The notes below the pieces were generated by a model. That model did not search any database. It was given only the letters and a program-made list of their open reading frames with translations, and had not been told where the DNA came from. A stretch of DNA of 64,000 bases from Lama guanicoe (lineage: Eukaryota): assembly GCA_013239625.1 (NCBI GenBank), contig MU053652.1:8083027-8147026 (forward strand), given 5' to 3'. A program made the translations under genes and the position numbers. Below, in pieces: positions 37,085 to 49,016 of the stretch (positions are counted from its first letter, which is position 1; each line of letters begins with the position of its first letter).

Positions 37085-39020
37085 TATTAACATCTATTTT
37101 CTCTGACATTAATAAAGCCACTCCGTCACTTTTACGTTATTGTTTGCGTGGTCTGTTTTTATCCTTTTACTTTTACCCTATTTGAGTCTTTCAATCTGGA
37201 ATATATTTCTTTTAGACAGCATGTAGTTGGATCTTGTTTTTTTATCCAGTCTGACAATCTCTGCTTTTGGTTGGAGTGTTTAATACATTTATATTTAATG
37301 TAATTATTGATAAAGTTGGATTATATCAGCCATTTTGCTGTTTGCTTTCTATGTGTTGTGTGTCCCACTTGTTCTCCTATTCTTTTACTGCCTTCTTTTA
37401 TGTTAGGTATTTTCTAGTACCATTTTAATTCTTCTGTTTTTTTTTAATTTAGAACTTTTATTTTCTATACAATATATACTTTAAAAAATATACAATTCAA
37501 TAATTTTTTATTATATAAATAGTTATGCAACCATCACCACAGTTAATTTTACAACATTTTCATCATCCCAAAAGAAATCTCACACCCAAAGCAGCCACTC
37601 CCTATCTCCCTTCAATCCTTCCTGCTTTAGACAACTGCTGATCTACTTTCTGCCTCTGTTGATTTGCCTATTTTGGTTATTTCATATACATGGAATCATA
37701 CAATGTATAGTCTTTTGTGACTGGTTTCTTTTACTTAGCATAATGCTTTCTAGGCTCATCCATGTTGTAACATGTATCAATACTTCATTCCTTTATATTG
37801 CAAATAATATTCCGTTGTAAATACACAACTGTATATACCCACTGAAGGTATGCCAGTATATACCACATTTTGCTTGTCTTTGTCCATTTATCAGTTGATG
37901 GACATTTGAGTTGTTTCCACTTACTGGTTATTAGGAATAGAGTTCCTGTAAACATTCATGTTCAAGTTTTTTATATGGACATGTGTTTTCACTTCTCTTA
38001 AGTATGTGCCCAGAAATGTATTTGCTTGATTGTCTGGTAACTCTTTTTAACCTTTTTAAGGAACTGCTGGACTGTTTTCCAGAGCAGCTGCACCATTTTA
38101 TGTCTCACCAGCAGTGTATAAGGATCCCAGTTTCTCCACATCCTTATCAACACTTCTTATTGTCTGTCTTTTTGATTATAGCCATCCTAGTGAGTGTGAA
38201 GTGGTATCTTATTCTGGTTTTGATTTGCATAACCTGATGGCTAATGCCGCTGAGTATTTTTCATGTGCTTATTAGCAACTTGTATATATTCTCTGAGAAA
38301 TGTATATTCAGATACTTTGCCCATTTTTAATGGAGTTATCTTTTTTATTGCTTTATTGTTTACCAAACTTTTTCTTAGTTATTTCCTAAGTGGTTGCTCT
38401 ATGTGTAGTTCAGGGATTAGAATATACACATCCATTTATAGCAAAAAAGTTTACATTACTACTAACTGAAATGCAATAAAATATTGAAACCTTGCTCCAG
38501 TGGAACTCCAGTTTTATTCCTTCTCCTTTGTGCTGTCATTGTCATACAAATGTGTGCATTCTTTTCATGTTCTAAGCCCCATAATTCCTTTTATAATTAT
38601 TGCTTTTATGTAATTCATTTTTAAATGAGTAGAAAAAAGGAAAATATATTTATACAGTCTTTTATATTTACCTACATAGTTATATTTTCTACTGCTGTTT
38701 ATTTCTTCATTTGGGTTAAAATTAACATCTAATGTCTTTTTCTTTCAGTTTGAAGAATTCCCTTTAGTATTTGTATGTGGTTGCTTGCTTGATGGTGTCC
38801 TGAAGGCCTCTGAGTCTCTGTTCCTTTATTTTTTTCTCTCCAAAGTGGATAATTTCTAATAATATATCATCAAGTTCATTACTCTTTCTTTTGTCAGTTC
38901 AGATCTGCTGCTGAGTCTGTTTTTTGTATTCTCGTTTCAGTTACTGTACTGTTAAACCCCCAAATTTCCATTTGGTTCTTTAAAAAAAAAAATTCTGTCT
39001 CTTCATTGATATTCTCTCAC
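37085..39020 (-). mobile_element. Old L1M with a nested L1M 3' end (about 37440-38350)
   Basis: tttttatccagtctgacaatctctg, gatggacatttgagttgtttccac, caccagcagtgtataagg, gtgaagtggtatct. Confidence 0.8.
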
Positions 39021-41689
39021 CATAAATTTTAAATAAAAACATATTCTGTATCTAACCCTAACCATAGTCAATATGGTATTTTCCTTCTGTTGTTCCAAAT
39101 GGCATTAATCGTATAAAAAAAAATGTAGAAAATTCATCACTTAGTTTTTTCTTTTTCTTACTTTGGAGACAACTGTACATGGAACTTTAAAGAAGCTTTT
39201 TGTACACTTAACATTATATCACAAGCATTTCTCTACCTTTTATTACTTATTAAAAACATTTTAATGGCACCATATTTTCTACAATGTAAACAGCATATTA
39301 TTTACTTTCCTTTGCAGGACATATAGACATGTTTTCATCAAAGTCTTAATGATATATAAATTGTAGTGTGCATTTAAAAAATACTTTGGCAGGAGATATT
39401 AGAAGTTGAATTACTAGGGCAGAAATGACGACTTTTTAAAATATTGTACCAAATTTACACCCATAAACCATTTATAAGAGCCCCTTCCACACTGACTTCA
39501 CCAATAGCACATATTATTTTTCAAATTTTTTGTCATCTTATAGATATTACATATATTTCATATTTTTTGTCAGCCTATCACTCATACTTAATGATACCTT
39601 TCATTATAATTAAATTTATTAATAGTCCCCTTTATGGTTTTGCATTTTATATATTGTTATGGAAGGCTGTATCACCCCCCCCAGTCATAAATATAACTTT
39701 CTTTTATAGTTTATGTGTTGGGGGTACTTAATCTGGACTTTTCGAATGATATGAAGAAGAGTTATAATTTTTTTCTCAAATGTAATGCCAGTTGCAAAGT
39801 ACTATGAGTATTCAAGTTTGTTCTCTCCACAGTAATTTAATGTATACTGAATTTTCATTTATACATACATCTGTTTCTGATTTCTCCATTCTCTCATTTA
39901 TGTATATGTCTTTTTCTCTCTGTCAGTAACGTATTGTTTTAATTATTACTGCTTTATAATATGTTTTGAGAACTGCACATTAGGTTCTATCTCACTGTTC
40001 TTCCTCTTTTAAGACTGTCTTGATTATTAATGCAAAATTTATAAATTTTAAAGTCAGCTTGCAGTTTTCATGAAAAATTGGAGCTCTTGATCTGAAGTAC
40101 ACTGCTCAGTTAGGGAAAAATTGACACCTTTATCCTATTAAACATTAGGGATGTCAGTTAAACATGACATATGAAGCATGTGCATTTTGTCTCTGCTACC
40201 TCCTAGCATCGTTTTGCTGCATGTAAAAAGAACTGATGGCAGTGACTTTGTATTTTGTATGACAGGAAACCTGGAGCTAGACTGTTGTTCTGGCCCAGTG
40301 AGCCTAGGACCTTGAGAGAGGAGTCTGTAGCCTTAGTCTTTTGACTCATTGCACTGCAACCAGGGGAACCACGGGACTAACCCTGTAGCTGACTATCAGT
40401 GCCTCTAATTAGTTCAGCCTGAAGAGGTTTTACCTTTTCAGTCCAAACTAATTTTCACCAAAGGAAAAGATGGAGTTATTGTAGACTTTTGAGGAAGAGT
40501 GAAGTTTTGGTGAAATTTAAGTGAGCAGTATCTTGATTGTCTCAGGGTAAAACAGGGTTGTGTATAAATGGGTCAGGTTTGGACTGAGATGTGGGCCGGA
40601 GTCCCGTTCCTTTGGTAACAGAGTTAGCAGAGAGATGTGGTATCTTGTTTCTTCTCTGAAGTTCAGCATGTTGGTAGTAAATCAATTCTCTCTGTCAAAG
40701 TAACTTCGATCCTTCAGGCAAGAGTGAGATGTTTCAGTCTTAATGATCTAATTTTAGACAACAAAGTTTCTGATAGATTATGATTTTAGAGAACAAAGTT
40801 TCTCCGTGAATAAGAAGATAGTATTTACTCAAAGAAAGGGATTGGTACGATATTTTATAGCTGCAGAATGTCCTTGGGAGAAATGCTATTTCCTGCTAAT
40901 ATTGTAGCTGACTTTATTAGGGCCTGTTATTCCAGCCTGATAGATTCTTATTTTCTTAGTCCAAACTAATTTTTAATTTCTTACTGTATGGGGTCTGGCT
41001 GGTGGCTCTGTGATGTCATCAGGAACCTGAATTCCTTTTACTTTTCCTCTTTATTAATCTCATCATGAGTTTGTTACTTTGTTATGATAAAATGGTTAAT
41101 CAGCCTTCAGCATAGTGTTTGCATTCTGCAAGAAGGGAGAAGCCAAGGGGGCATGTCCCATATGTGGCATTCAAGAATTTTCCCTGAAAGCCCTACCCAG
41201 GGATTCAGCTTCTATCTCTTTGGCCTGAACTGGGTCATGTGACTATCCTGGCCACCAGTATGTGATAAATACATTTCTAAAGTTTCACATCGTTGCTCCT
41301 CAGTAAGACTGAGATTTTCTTAGCAACGAAGTAGGAGGGAGTAGATATTAGGTGGCAGAATGGACAACACTACTCTATATTACAGCACTTTCCAAATTCC
41401 AATAAAATGATGTCAAGGGAATAAGAGAAGTATAAACATACAGGAACAAAGAATATCTGAGAAAAGAGAAGGGTAAATGTCATTTGAGTTTTTAAAGTTG
41501 TAAAGCAGATGGAGAAGTGTTAATGTGACTTACTTGAGCAGAGAAAGTGAAAATAAATGCCTGCCAGGGAGAATGGCATCAAGAACCAAATCAGTTTGCC
41601 CCAAGAATCCCGGAGAGTGAATTGGAGATTGAGCCATAAACAGAGAGATTGGTTAAAGGCTAGGATAAGGAGTAAATTTCCATTTGGTA

Positions 41690-42850
41690 AGTTCTGCTTT
41701 AACCTTGATTGATTCCTTTCTCTTTGTATTATGTTTATTTTATTCTTGAGCGTCTTGAGTTCGATGCCTAGTATTTATTTTAAATCTTTCTCGTAGTAAG
41801 CAAGATTATATTATGTGTGACTACTGATATTTTTGTACTCATTCCTGCCATCTTATTTTGTTTTTTATTTATTATTCATTCTTGCTCTTTGTTTATTCTT
41901 TTACTAACCTTCCTTTTTTTTTTCCTTTGGTTTGACCAAACTTTTTAATTTTTTATTCTTTCATAGTTCAGAAGTAGGTATTTTGTTTCTATTTTTCAAG
42001 TGGTAACTTATAAAAATTTTCAATGCACTTAATCAGGCTCTCTGTCTTTTCCATGAACAAATCAACGACCCTGGCAGGCTCTTTTTCATTTCCTGCTTCT
42101 CCTCCCTCATTCCTCCCAGCCAGTGAGGATTTGATCTGGAATTACAGTTACATGTATATTACATAATTATGATTTACTGCATAACTATAACTTCAGATTG
42201 TTTTATATATTTATATGGATATAATACATAGAATTTTTTTTCAAATAATATGTATTTAGCCCTAATAAGTTTTTGAAAGTTTTTGCTCACTTCTTTAATT
42301 CTTTCCCCTTAATTTATTGTTCTTGTTGGAACGTATTCTCTAAGTAATTATTTCAGAGATTATGCCTGGGAGGTGAGCCATCTAAGGCTCATTCAATGAA
42401 CCTTACTCTTGGGTTTTGGTTTGAGTGGGTGTAGAAGGTTAGATCCAAACTTATTTTCAAAATGATTTTCTTTTATAACTTCAGAGCTGTTTTTAATTAA
42501 AAGTCTGATGTCAGTGGGATTCTCAGCTCTTTGTTTCCTCTTCCTGGGAGCTTTTAGGGTCTTCACTTTATCCTTAGTAATCTTACTGTGATGTGCTTGA
42601 GACTTGGGGATGGATCCTTTCTGAGAGCTCATGTCTTTCTTTAGTTTTGGGAAATTTTCTATGAAATTTTGAGCATTTTCTCGAATCCAGTTTTCTTCAT
42701 TCTGTCTGGAACTTGTAGCAGACATATTTTGGAATGTCTGCATTCGTCTTCCATATCTCTTAATATTCCTCCATTCTTTCTAATTTTTATGACCTTTTAC
42801 CCTGCATTCCAAAAGATTTTCCTGTCGAAGTTTCTTGCTTGCTAGTTCCC
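41690..42850 (-). mobile_element. Old L1M fragment with ORF1 relic
   Basis: Minus ORF 42393-42743 retains L1 ORF1-like words (ENFPKLKKD, KDKVKTLKAPRK, DIRL). Confidence 0.6.
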
Positions 42851-43377
42851 TCGTAGGCTCTGCACATTCTGCAGAACAGCCTACAATAAACTACTAGTTA
42901 CTGGCTGATGTCCATTCTTCCCATTGTAGTAAAGCTTTGGCTGGGCCGCACCACTGAAGGCCGCATTTCACAGCTCTTTTCTGTGTTGGTGAGGCCAGAG
43001 GACTAAGGCCTGGAAAAGGGGATGAGGGAGCTGATGTGTTCCCCTTCTGGACATTGTTCTTAAAGTGACTGGGTGGTAATTCTTTTGTCTTTTCCCCTCT
43101 CTACTGGCTGGAAGATGGGAAGTGGACCAGCCACTGGGACACAGGAGTAGGAAGCCACTTGGTGAGTGAGGCAGAGCTTCCTACTAGCCCCACGCCGCTT
43201 GCCAGTCCCTGAGCCAGTCCCGGGATTACCATGCGAGAAGGGAAAAACTGTTGTTTAAACAACTGTGTTTTAGTATCTTTACAAGTTCAACAAATTTAAT
43301 AACACCCAAGCTAAACACATTGTACTGATATTTTAAATTTCAAAACTAAAAATTTTGTCACAGTGTTTTGTTGGTTC

Positions 43378-43548
43378 TTTTTTTAAAAAAAGATTTTATT
43401 TATCTATTATTGTACTACTTAATTATTTTTACTTTTGGTGGGGCAGGTAACTAGGTTTATTTAGTTTTGGAGGAGGTACTGGAGATGGAGCCCAGTACCT
43501 CGGGCACGCTAGGCCTGCACTCTGCCACCTGAACTATTCCCTCCTCCT
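43378..43548 (-). mobile_element. tRNA-derived SINE (Vic-1-like), more diverged copy
   Basis: ggaggaggtactggagatggagcccag, homologous to 23032-23150; flanking ggttcttt repeats. Confidence 0.7.
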
Positions 43549-43649
43549 CGGTTCTTTGATGTTGATTGAATAGCCTTTCCTTTCTCTCTGAAAATACTCA
43601 CTCTGTCTGGTTTGGCCTTGTTTTTCTTTTGTTTTGTTTTAGTCTGGAA

Positions 43650-43830
43650 GAGTGGCGCTAAAACTTTAGCGTGCATCAGAACACCTAGAAAACTTGTAAA
43701 TACACAGAATCTGTATTCCCCTCCGAATCTCTGATTCAGTGGCTCTGGGGTGGGGCCTGAGAATTTGCATAACAATTTTCCAGATGCTGCTGCCACTGGT
43801 GGTCTGGCCATCATGCTTTGAGAACCTCTG
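43650..43830. mobile_element. hAT-Charlie MER5A-like
   Basis: aactttagcgtgcatcagaa ... tctgattcagt ... ggggtggggcctgagaatttgcat ... tttgagaacc. Confidence 0.85.
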
Positions 43831-44749
43831 TTCTAGTAATTCTGTTTCACACAAATGTAAGTTCTAAGTGACTGAGGAGCCTTTTATTTTGTTGCCTCTT
43901 CTCAAATGTTTGGTTATTCTTGGATATGAACCCAGGGTATTTGAAATTCCAGATGTCCCACGTGCTACAATGTATTTGGCTGTGATAGTCTTACCCCAGC
44001 GGCTTTAGGGGACGGGCAAGACTTGATTCTGGAAGAGAGCTAGTTTTCTGGAGAGGGGACTTTTATTCATCCTGGGTATCACCAGCCTTGTGGGACACTA
44101 ACCACGTTTACCTAGAGGCAAATACCTCTGCTGCTCTTTATCTAAATTGTCTTAGAGAGCCTGTCCCTTTTGCAAAGGGGCAAGCAGTCACTTTGTTAGT
44201 TGCCCTAAAACCCCTTCTGCAAACTGGATGCGCCAGTTTGCGAGGCACTTCTGGGTTTTCTAGCTTCCTCCCCAGTGCATGAATAGATAGATTCCTTCTT
44301 CAATTTATTCCGCCTGTCTCCTTTCCTGAGGGGACTCTTCACAGTTCCTGTTCTGTTGGAGGACTCCTGCAGCATGGTCCAATATGTTTATTGATTTCTG
44401 TTTATGTGCTTTTCTGTAATTATTAGGGATCAGGATGAGGGGAAGGGCTGTGTCAGCACGTTCTCTACCCTCAGTCTTGACCTAGCCTCTCCATGTATTT
44501 CCTTTTTTAAAAAAAAAAAAGAATTTAGGAAATAAAAGCAAGAACTCTCTCAGTTACATTGCAAGCTTTTTGAGGATCTGGTACTATACTGTGTCTTTAA
44601 ACATATATATTTTCCTCCTAATTTAATATATCCTTGTTTGCTTTGGTGGTTTCTACACATAACCTACCTGCTGAGTGGTTAGTAGATTACATTTTAAAAA
44701 AGATATGAGCATGGCTAATGACAGTTAAGATAAACTAGAGATAACTAAT

Positions 44750-44970
44750 ATTTATAACAATAACAGTATTCATCAAAGTGTACCAGGCTTGAGCTAAGCC
44801 CTTCATATGCATACTACTATTATCACTGTTTTGCAGATGAGGGTCCTAAAGCACAGAGATGGCAAGGAACTTACCCCAAATCAAACAGCTAGTGAGGAGC
44901 AGAGGGAAGATTTAAACTCAGTTTTACTCCGGAGCCTGTGCTCTTAAGCGTCATACTAACTGCCTCCTAT
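44750..44970 (-). mobile_element. MIR SINE
   Basis: ttttgcagatgagg ... aagcacagaga ... cagctagtgaggagcagag ... ctcttaa. Confidence 0.7.
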
Positions 44971-45195
44971 GAAGGTGTACCTGCAAGTTGAAATTTCAAA
45001 GTCAGATGGCTGGAGTGCCTTATCTATGACTTTTGTGTTGTAATGTATGTGAGAGTATCTGGCATAGAGCTAAAATTAGACTCTCAGCATTTTTTAGTAG
45101 TTATTGAATTGGAATAGAAATAATCATTGTTGCCTTTTATTGTCTTAATAAAGTTGATGATAGACACCTTTTATTTCCTTTTAATTTACCTGTAG

Positions 45196-45406
45196 GTAAT
45201 AGTGCTACAGACTTACTACAGACAATGGCATGCTAAAGCCGTGGTAGAGAATTTAAGAAGACAGAAAATGTTAAGGTTGCAGTGGGAGACACAGGAAGAA
45301 CTAAGGAAGATAAAAGAAAAAGAAGAGTGGATGAAATCAGACTATTACCGGAGGCATAATCCTCAAACAAAAGAAGATTTCGAACTTCTTTATAATGCAC
45401 TAGAAC
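45196..45406 (+). CDS. IQUB: IQUB coding exon 6 with IQ motif ([14 protein letters not shown]...LLYNALE)
   Basis: Acceptor tacctgtag|, donor AAC|GTAAGT, 211 nt, phase 0-1. Confidence 0.96.
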
Positions 45407-45859
45407 GTAAGTTTGAAATAGGCTTTGCATAAAATATTAATTTTATAACTTCATTAGTAGGAAAAACAGGTTTACTAAAGACAAAAGGAAGACTATTATT
45501 TTAGGAGAATGTCTTGGGAATCTGGATTAGAGAATTTAAGAAGGTGAATAATGTCTTACATTTGAGGATGGAATTAAGACTGGAATGAAATTGAAAGTTC
45601 TCTTATATTAACAGTGGATAAATAAGATGTGAATACTGCTCTGTGCCTTATTCAGTTTTAGTATATTATTTCATTTGATCTTCATTCCTGTGAGGTAAAA
45701 AGAGAAAGTATTGTCCAGTCTGGTTCTCTGATAGTCTTGGGAATTTGTGATCTCATAGTTGAACTGTCTTGAATCCCTCAGCCCTGCATCCTGTCTCTGA
45801 TTCTGCTCTTTAGAGGAAAGGCTTGGCAATACCTTTATATTCCCCTCTATTAATGACTC

Positions 45860-45895
<36 letters not shown>

Positions 45896-45955
45896 ATATA
45901 TATGTATTATATATATTAAATATAACATATAGGTATGTATGTATGTATGTGTATT
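45860..45955. repeat. Compound (TG)n(TA)n(TATG)n microsatellite
   Basis: Directly visible. Confidence 0.9.
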
Positions 45956-48632
45956 GTACACCCATTTGACTTCTGTGCCTCATTTCTTCCACAGGATGTG
46001 TGCTAGTCACTGACACAGTTACTTGAACAAGCCAATCACTCCCTCCTTTGGGCAGTGGGTACACTGTTCTTCCTGAAGCTTTTCCCCAACGCCCACCTTC
46101 CAATCTCAGCTTCACTGTCACCTACTCAAAGGCTTTTGTGAACTGACGATACCACCTGGGTATCCTGTTATCATCTCAGGGTTCTCACTGCACCCCAGAT
46201 TTTTCATTTATAACGCCACACTTGGTAACAGTACATTTTTTGTTTAAGACTTTCACTGCTGGAGTATAAGCTCCATAAGGGAATAGTGACGTATTTGTTC
46301 TTTGGATGATCTCTCTTTCTTCTGTGCTTAGCTCACATGCCCCACAGAAGGTGGCAGATGAATGAGCGAATGAGTGAAGGGCGACCCGAGGGCATGGTGA
46401 TGCAGCTTTCCAGCTTCTGCTTTCCCAGGAATGGCTCTGAAGTGGGAGTAACTGGAGCAGATGCCAGAAAGTGAAATTGGGCTTTTGGGATGACATAGAA
46501 GAATTAAAAAAAAAATGTTAATATCCTCAATTTTTTTTTAGTTGGACAGAGTTTTCATCCACAGAAATAATAGTCTCTTTGACTTCTCTATGATTATTCA
46601 TGATGTTAACTGTAACTTTGCTTCTTTGTATACTATTTGTTTGTGGTGGTGTTTGTGCTCTGTTACCTGTGTCTCCCTTTCTAGTCCAGTACCATTTGAG
46701 GTGTCAGTCTGTTTAAATAGCTGTGTGACAGCACGCTGTTCACTGAAGAGGATACAATTAAACACTCGGTCTTACGAGAATATTAATACATTTATCTATT
46801 TGATAAGGCGCAAAATTGAGTGGCTTTAGGAACGTGGCAGCGTTTGAGGTAATAGTTACACCTGTTTCTGAGGCTCGTATGTCCGCTCTCCCTTTCTCCT
46901 AATCATTGACCTCAGCAAATACTATGTTTTACTTTGCACGTCACTTCTATTTCCATTTTCTCTCAGTTGAAAACAAAGTCTGTTTCTCAGGGTAGTAGTT
47001 AAACAGAGAGCACTGTTAGCAAGGTGTCTGTGAAAGGTCTCATTGACAAGTATAAAACTGAAGTTCTATCAGAGCAGAGTTCTCTTCAAATAATGTTCCA
47101 AATTCACAGAGGAGTAAACCAAAGGATATCATTGTTATTTGGTTTGGTTAACAAGCAACTGTGCAAACTAGTAGAAACTGTGTTCAGTGAAGTTCTACCA
47201 TTTCTACTTATTAGTGATATTAACTTGGATAAGTTACTCCCTTCTCCTAGGCTTCAGTTTCTTTATCTATGAAAAGACTTAATAATTTCTGGCACGTCTA
47301 CTTCAGAGGGCTTTATAAAGTGAAAAATACAAAATATTACATTTATGAAAGTACTTAAAAGTGCAAAGATGTATATATATATATATATGTTACTATTTAC
47401 TAGGGTAAATGATTTTATGCATATTTTCTATATTAAAGTAGAACAGATATATTTTGCATGTTTACAACATGATTTATATGAAAGAAAATGAAAACGAAAT
47501 TTTACGTAAAAGAGAGATCTCTTAGTTTCCTTCCAGCCCTAAAATTCTAAATTAGAGCTCTAAGAATAATATTTTTTAAAGGTCTGATTTGTGGTAGTTA
47601 AAGTTTAAGTTCACAAGCTCAGTAATTTATACAGCTCTTCTACTTAATACAGTTTTCATTCCACATTCTTCACACCAGTCTTTGAAACTGCTGCCCCCTT
47701 GTGGCTCATAGTGACAATTACATAGTTTAAATTACAACTAATCCTAATACAAAGTTTAACTTTTCCTGCAGATAACCTGTTCCTCAGTAGTAACAGCAAA
47801 ATGGTACCAATTTAAGAAAATGAATTTAACTGTATAGTGCATCAAAGAAAAGGTTGTCTCCAAACAGTGTTAAATTTTTATGTCTTTTTTTTTTTCTTAT
47901 AGCAATATGTTGAGGGTGACTTCTTTTGTTGATCTAAATTGTTTCTCTCATCTCAGACTCAACACAGGAGTCATTGTCTTTAGGAAACCTCTCTCGACAG
48001 CGTGAATTGGGCTCGGAGCCTCTTCTCCCTGTCCCGTAATTCTCTGTTCACACCATTCTCTTAACTGTCCGTGTCTGTACCTAGGGTTTCTGATAGAACC
48101 TTGCTTATTACGTCTAATAGATGTTTGCTGAATTGGATCTTCTACCCTTTGACTTGTTTTGACAAAAGTCAAAAAGTCAAGCCAGGTGGTTTCTGACTTG
48201 TCTCTAATTATTACCTCGATCTCACAGTACCTTGACTTCTAGCTTCTGGAGACTCCCTGGCCCCGTCCATTGACAGATCTGGCCCTGGGCTTTTGGTCTG
48301 AATCTTTCTTGGTTCTTTCCATTCAAGCTTCCAGCAAATGCATATAAACTGCCGGTGGTGGACAAAATATTGTATGTTCTGCTATTTCTCGTTTGGAAAT
48401 TGCAAGTTTAGATCTGAGAAATTATAGAAAGTGTATGGACTTTATATACTAGTACCATCCTTTCATTTTATAGTTCCATTTACAGTTTCATTTATAGTTT
48501 ATAGTTTATATCAGATCCTGGAAATTAAATAATTTATCCAAGAGGATAAGTTAAGGATATAAATATATTCTTTCAAATGAACCAATTCCTTTAATATCCT
48601 TTTCTTTTAAAATATTGGTGGTTATTGACATC

Positions 48633-49016
48633 TGTTATGGGTTGAATTGTGTTCCTCCCAAATTCATATGTTGAAGTTCTAGCCTTTGGTACCTCAGAAT
48701 GTGACTGTATTTGGAGATAGGGCCTTTAAAGAAGTAATGAAGAAAAAATGAGGTCTAATGGGTGGACCCTAATCTAGTATGATGGTGTCCTCATGAGAAG
48801 AGGAGATTACAACACAGACATATATGGAGTGAAGATCACGAGGAGGCACTGGAAGAAGATGACCACTTACAAGCCCAGGAGGTGCTCAGGAGAATCTAAT
48901 CCTGCCATCACCTTAATCTTGAACTTCTATCCTTCAGAACTGTGAGGAAATTAATTTTTGTTGTTTATGTCACCCAGTCTGTGGTAGCTTTATGGCAGCC
49001 CTCGCAAACTAATATA
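48633..49016 (+). mobile_element. MaLR LTR (MLT1B-like)
   Basis: tgttatgggttgaattgtgt ... gtgactgtatttggagatagggcc ... ggcagccctcgcaaactaata. Confidence 0.85.

Noticed and set aside
45191..45201. AG|GTAATA at an exon start resembling a recursive splice site
   Set aside because: Explained by the Val-Ile codons of the IQ motif; flanking introns are only about 9 kb and the donor match is weak.
48460..48510. Degenerate tttatagtt tandem repeat (also tiny duplications near 17680 and 20820)
   Set aside because: Ordinary slippage-type low-complexity sequence.
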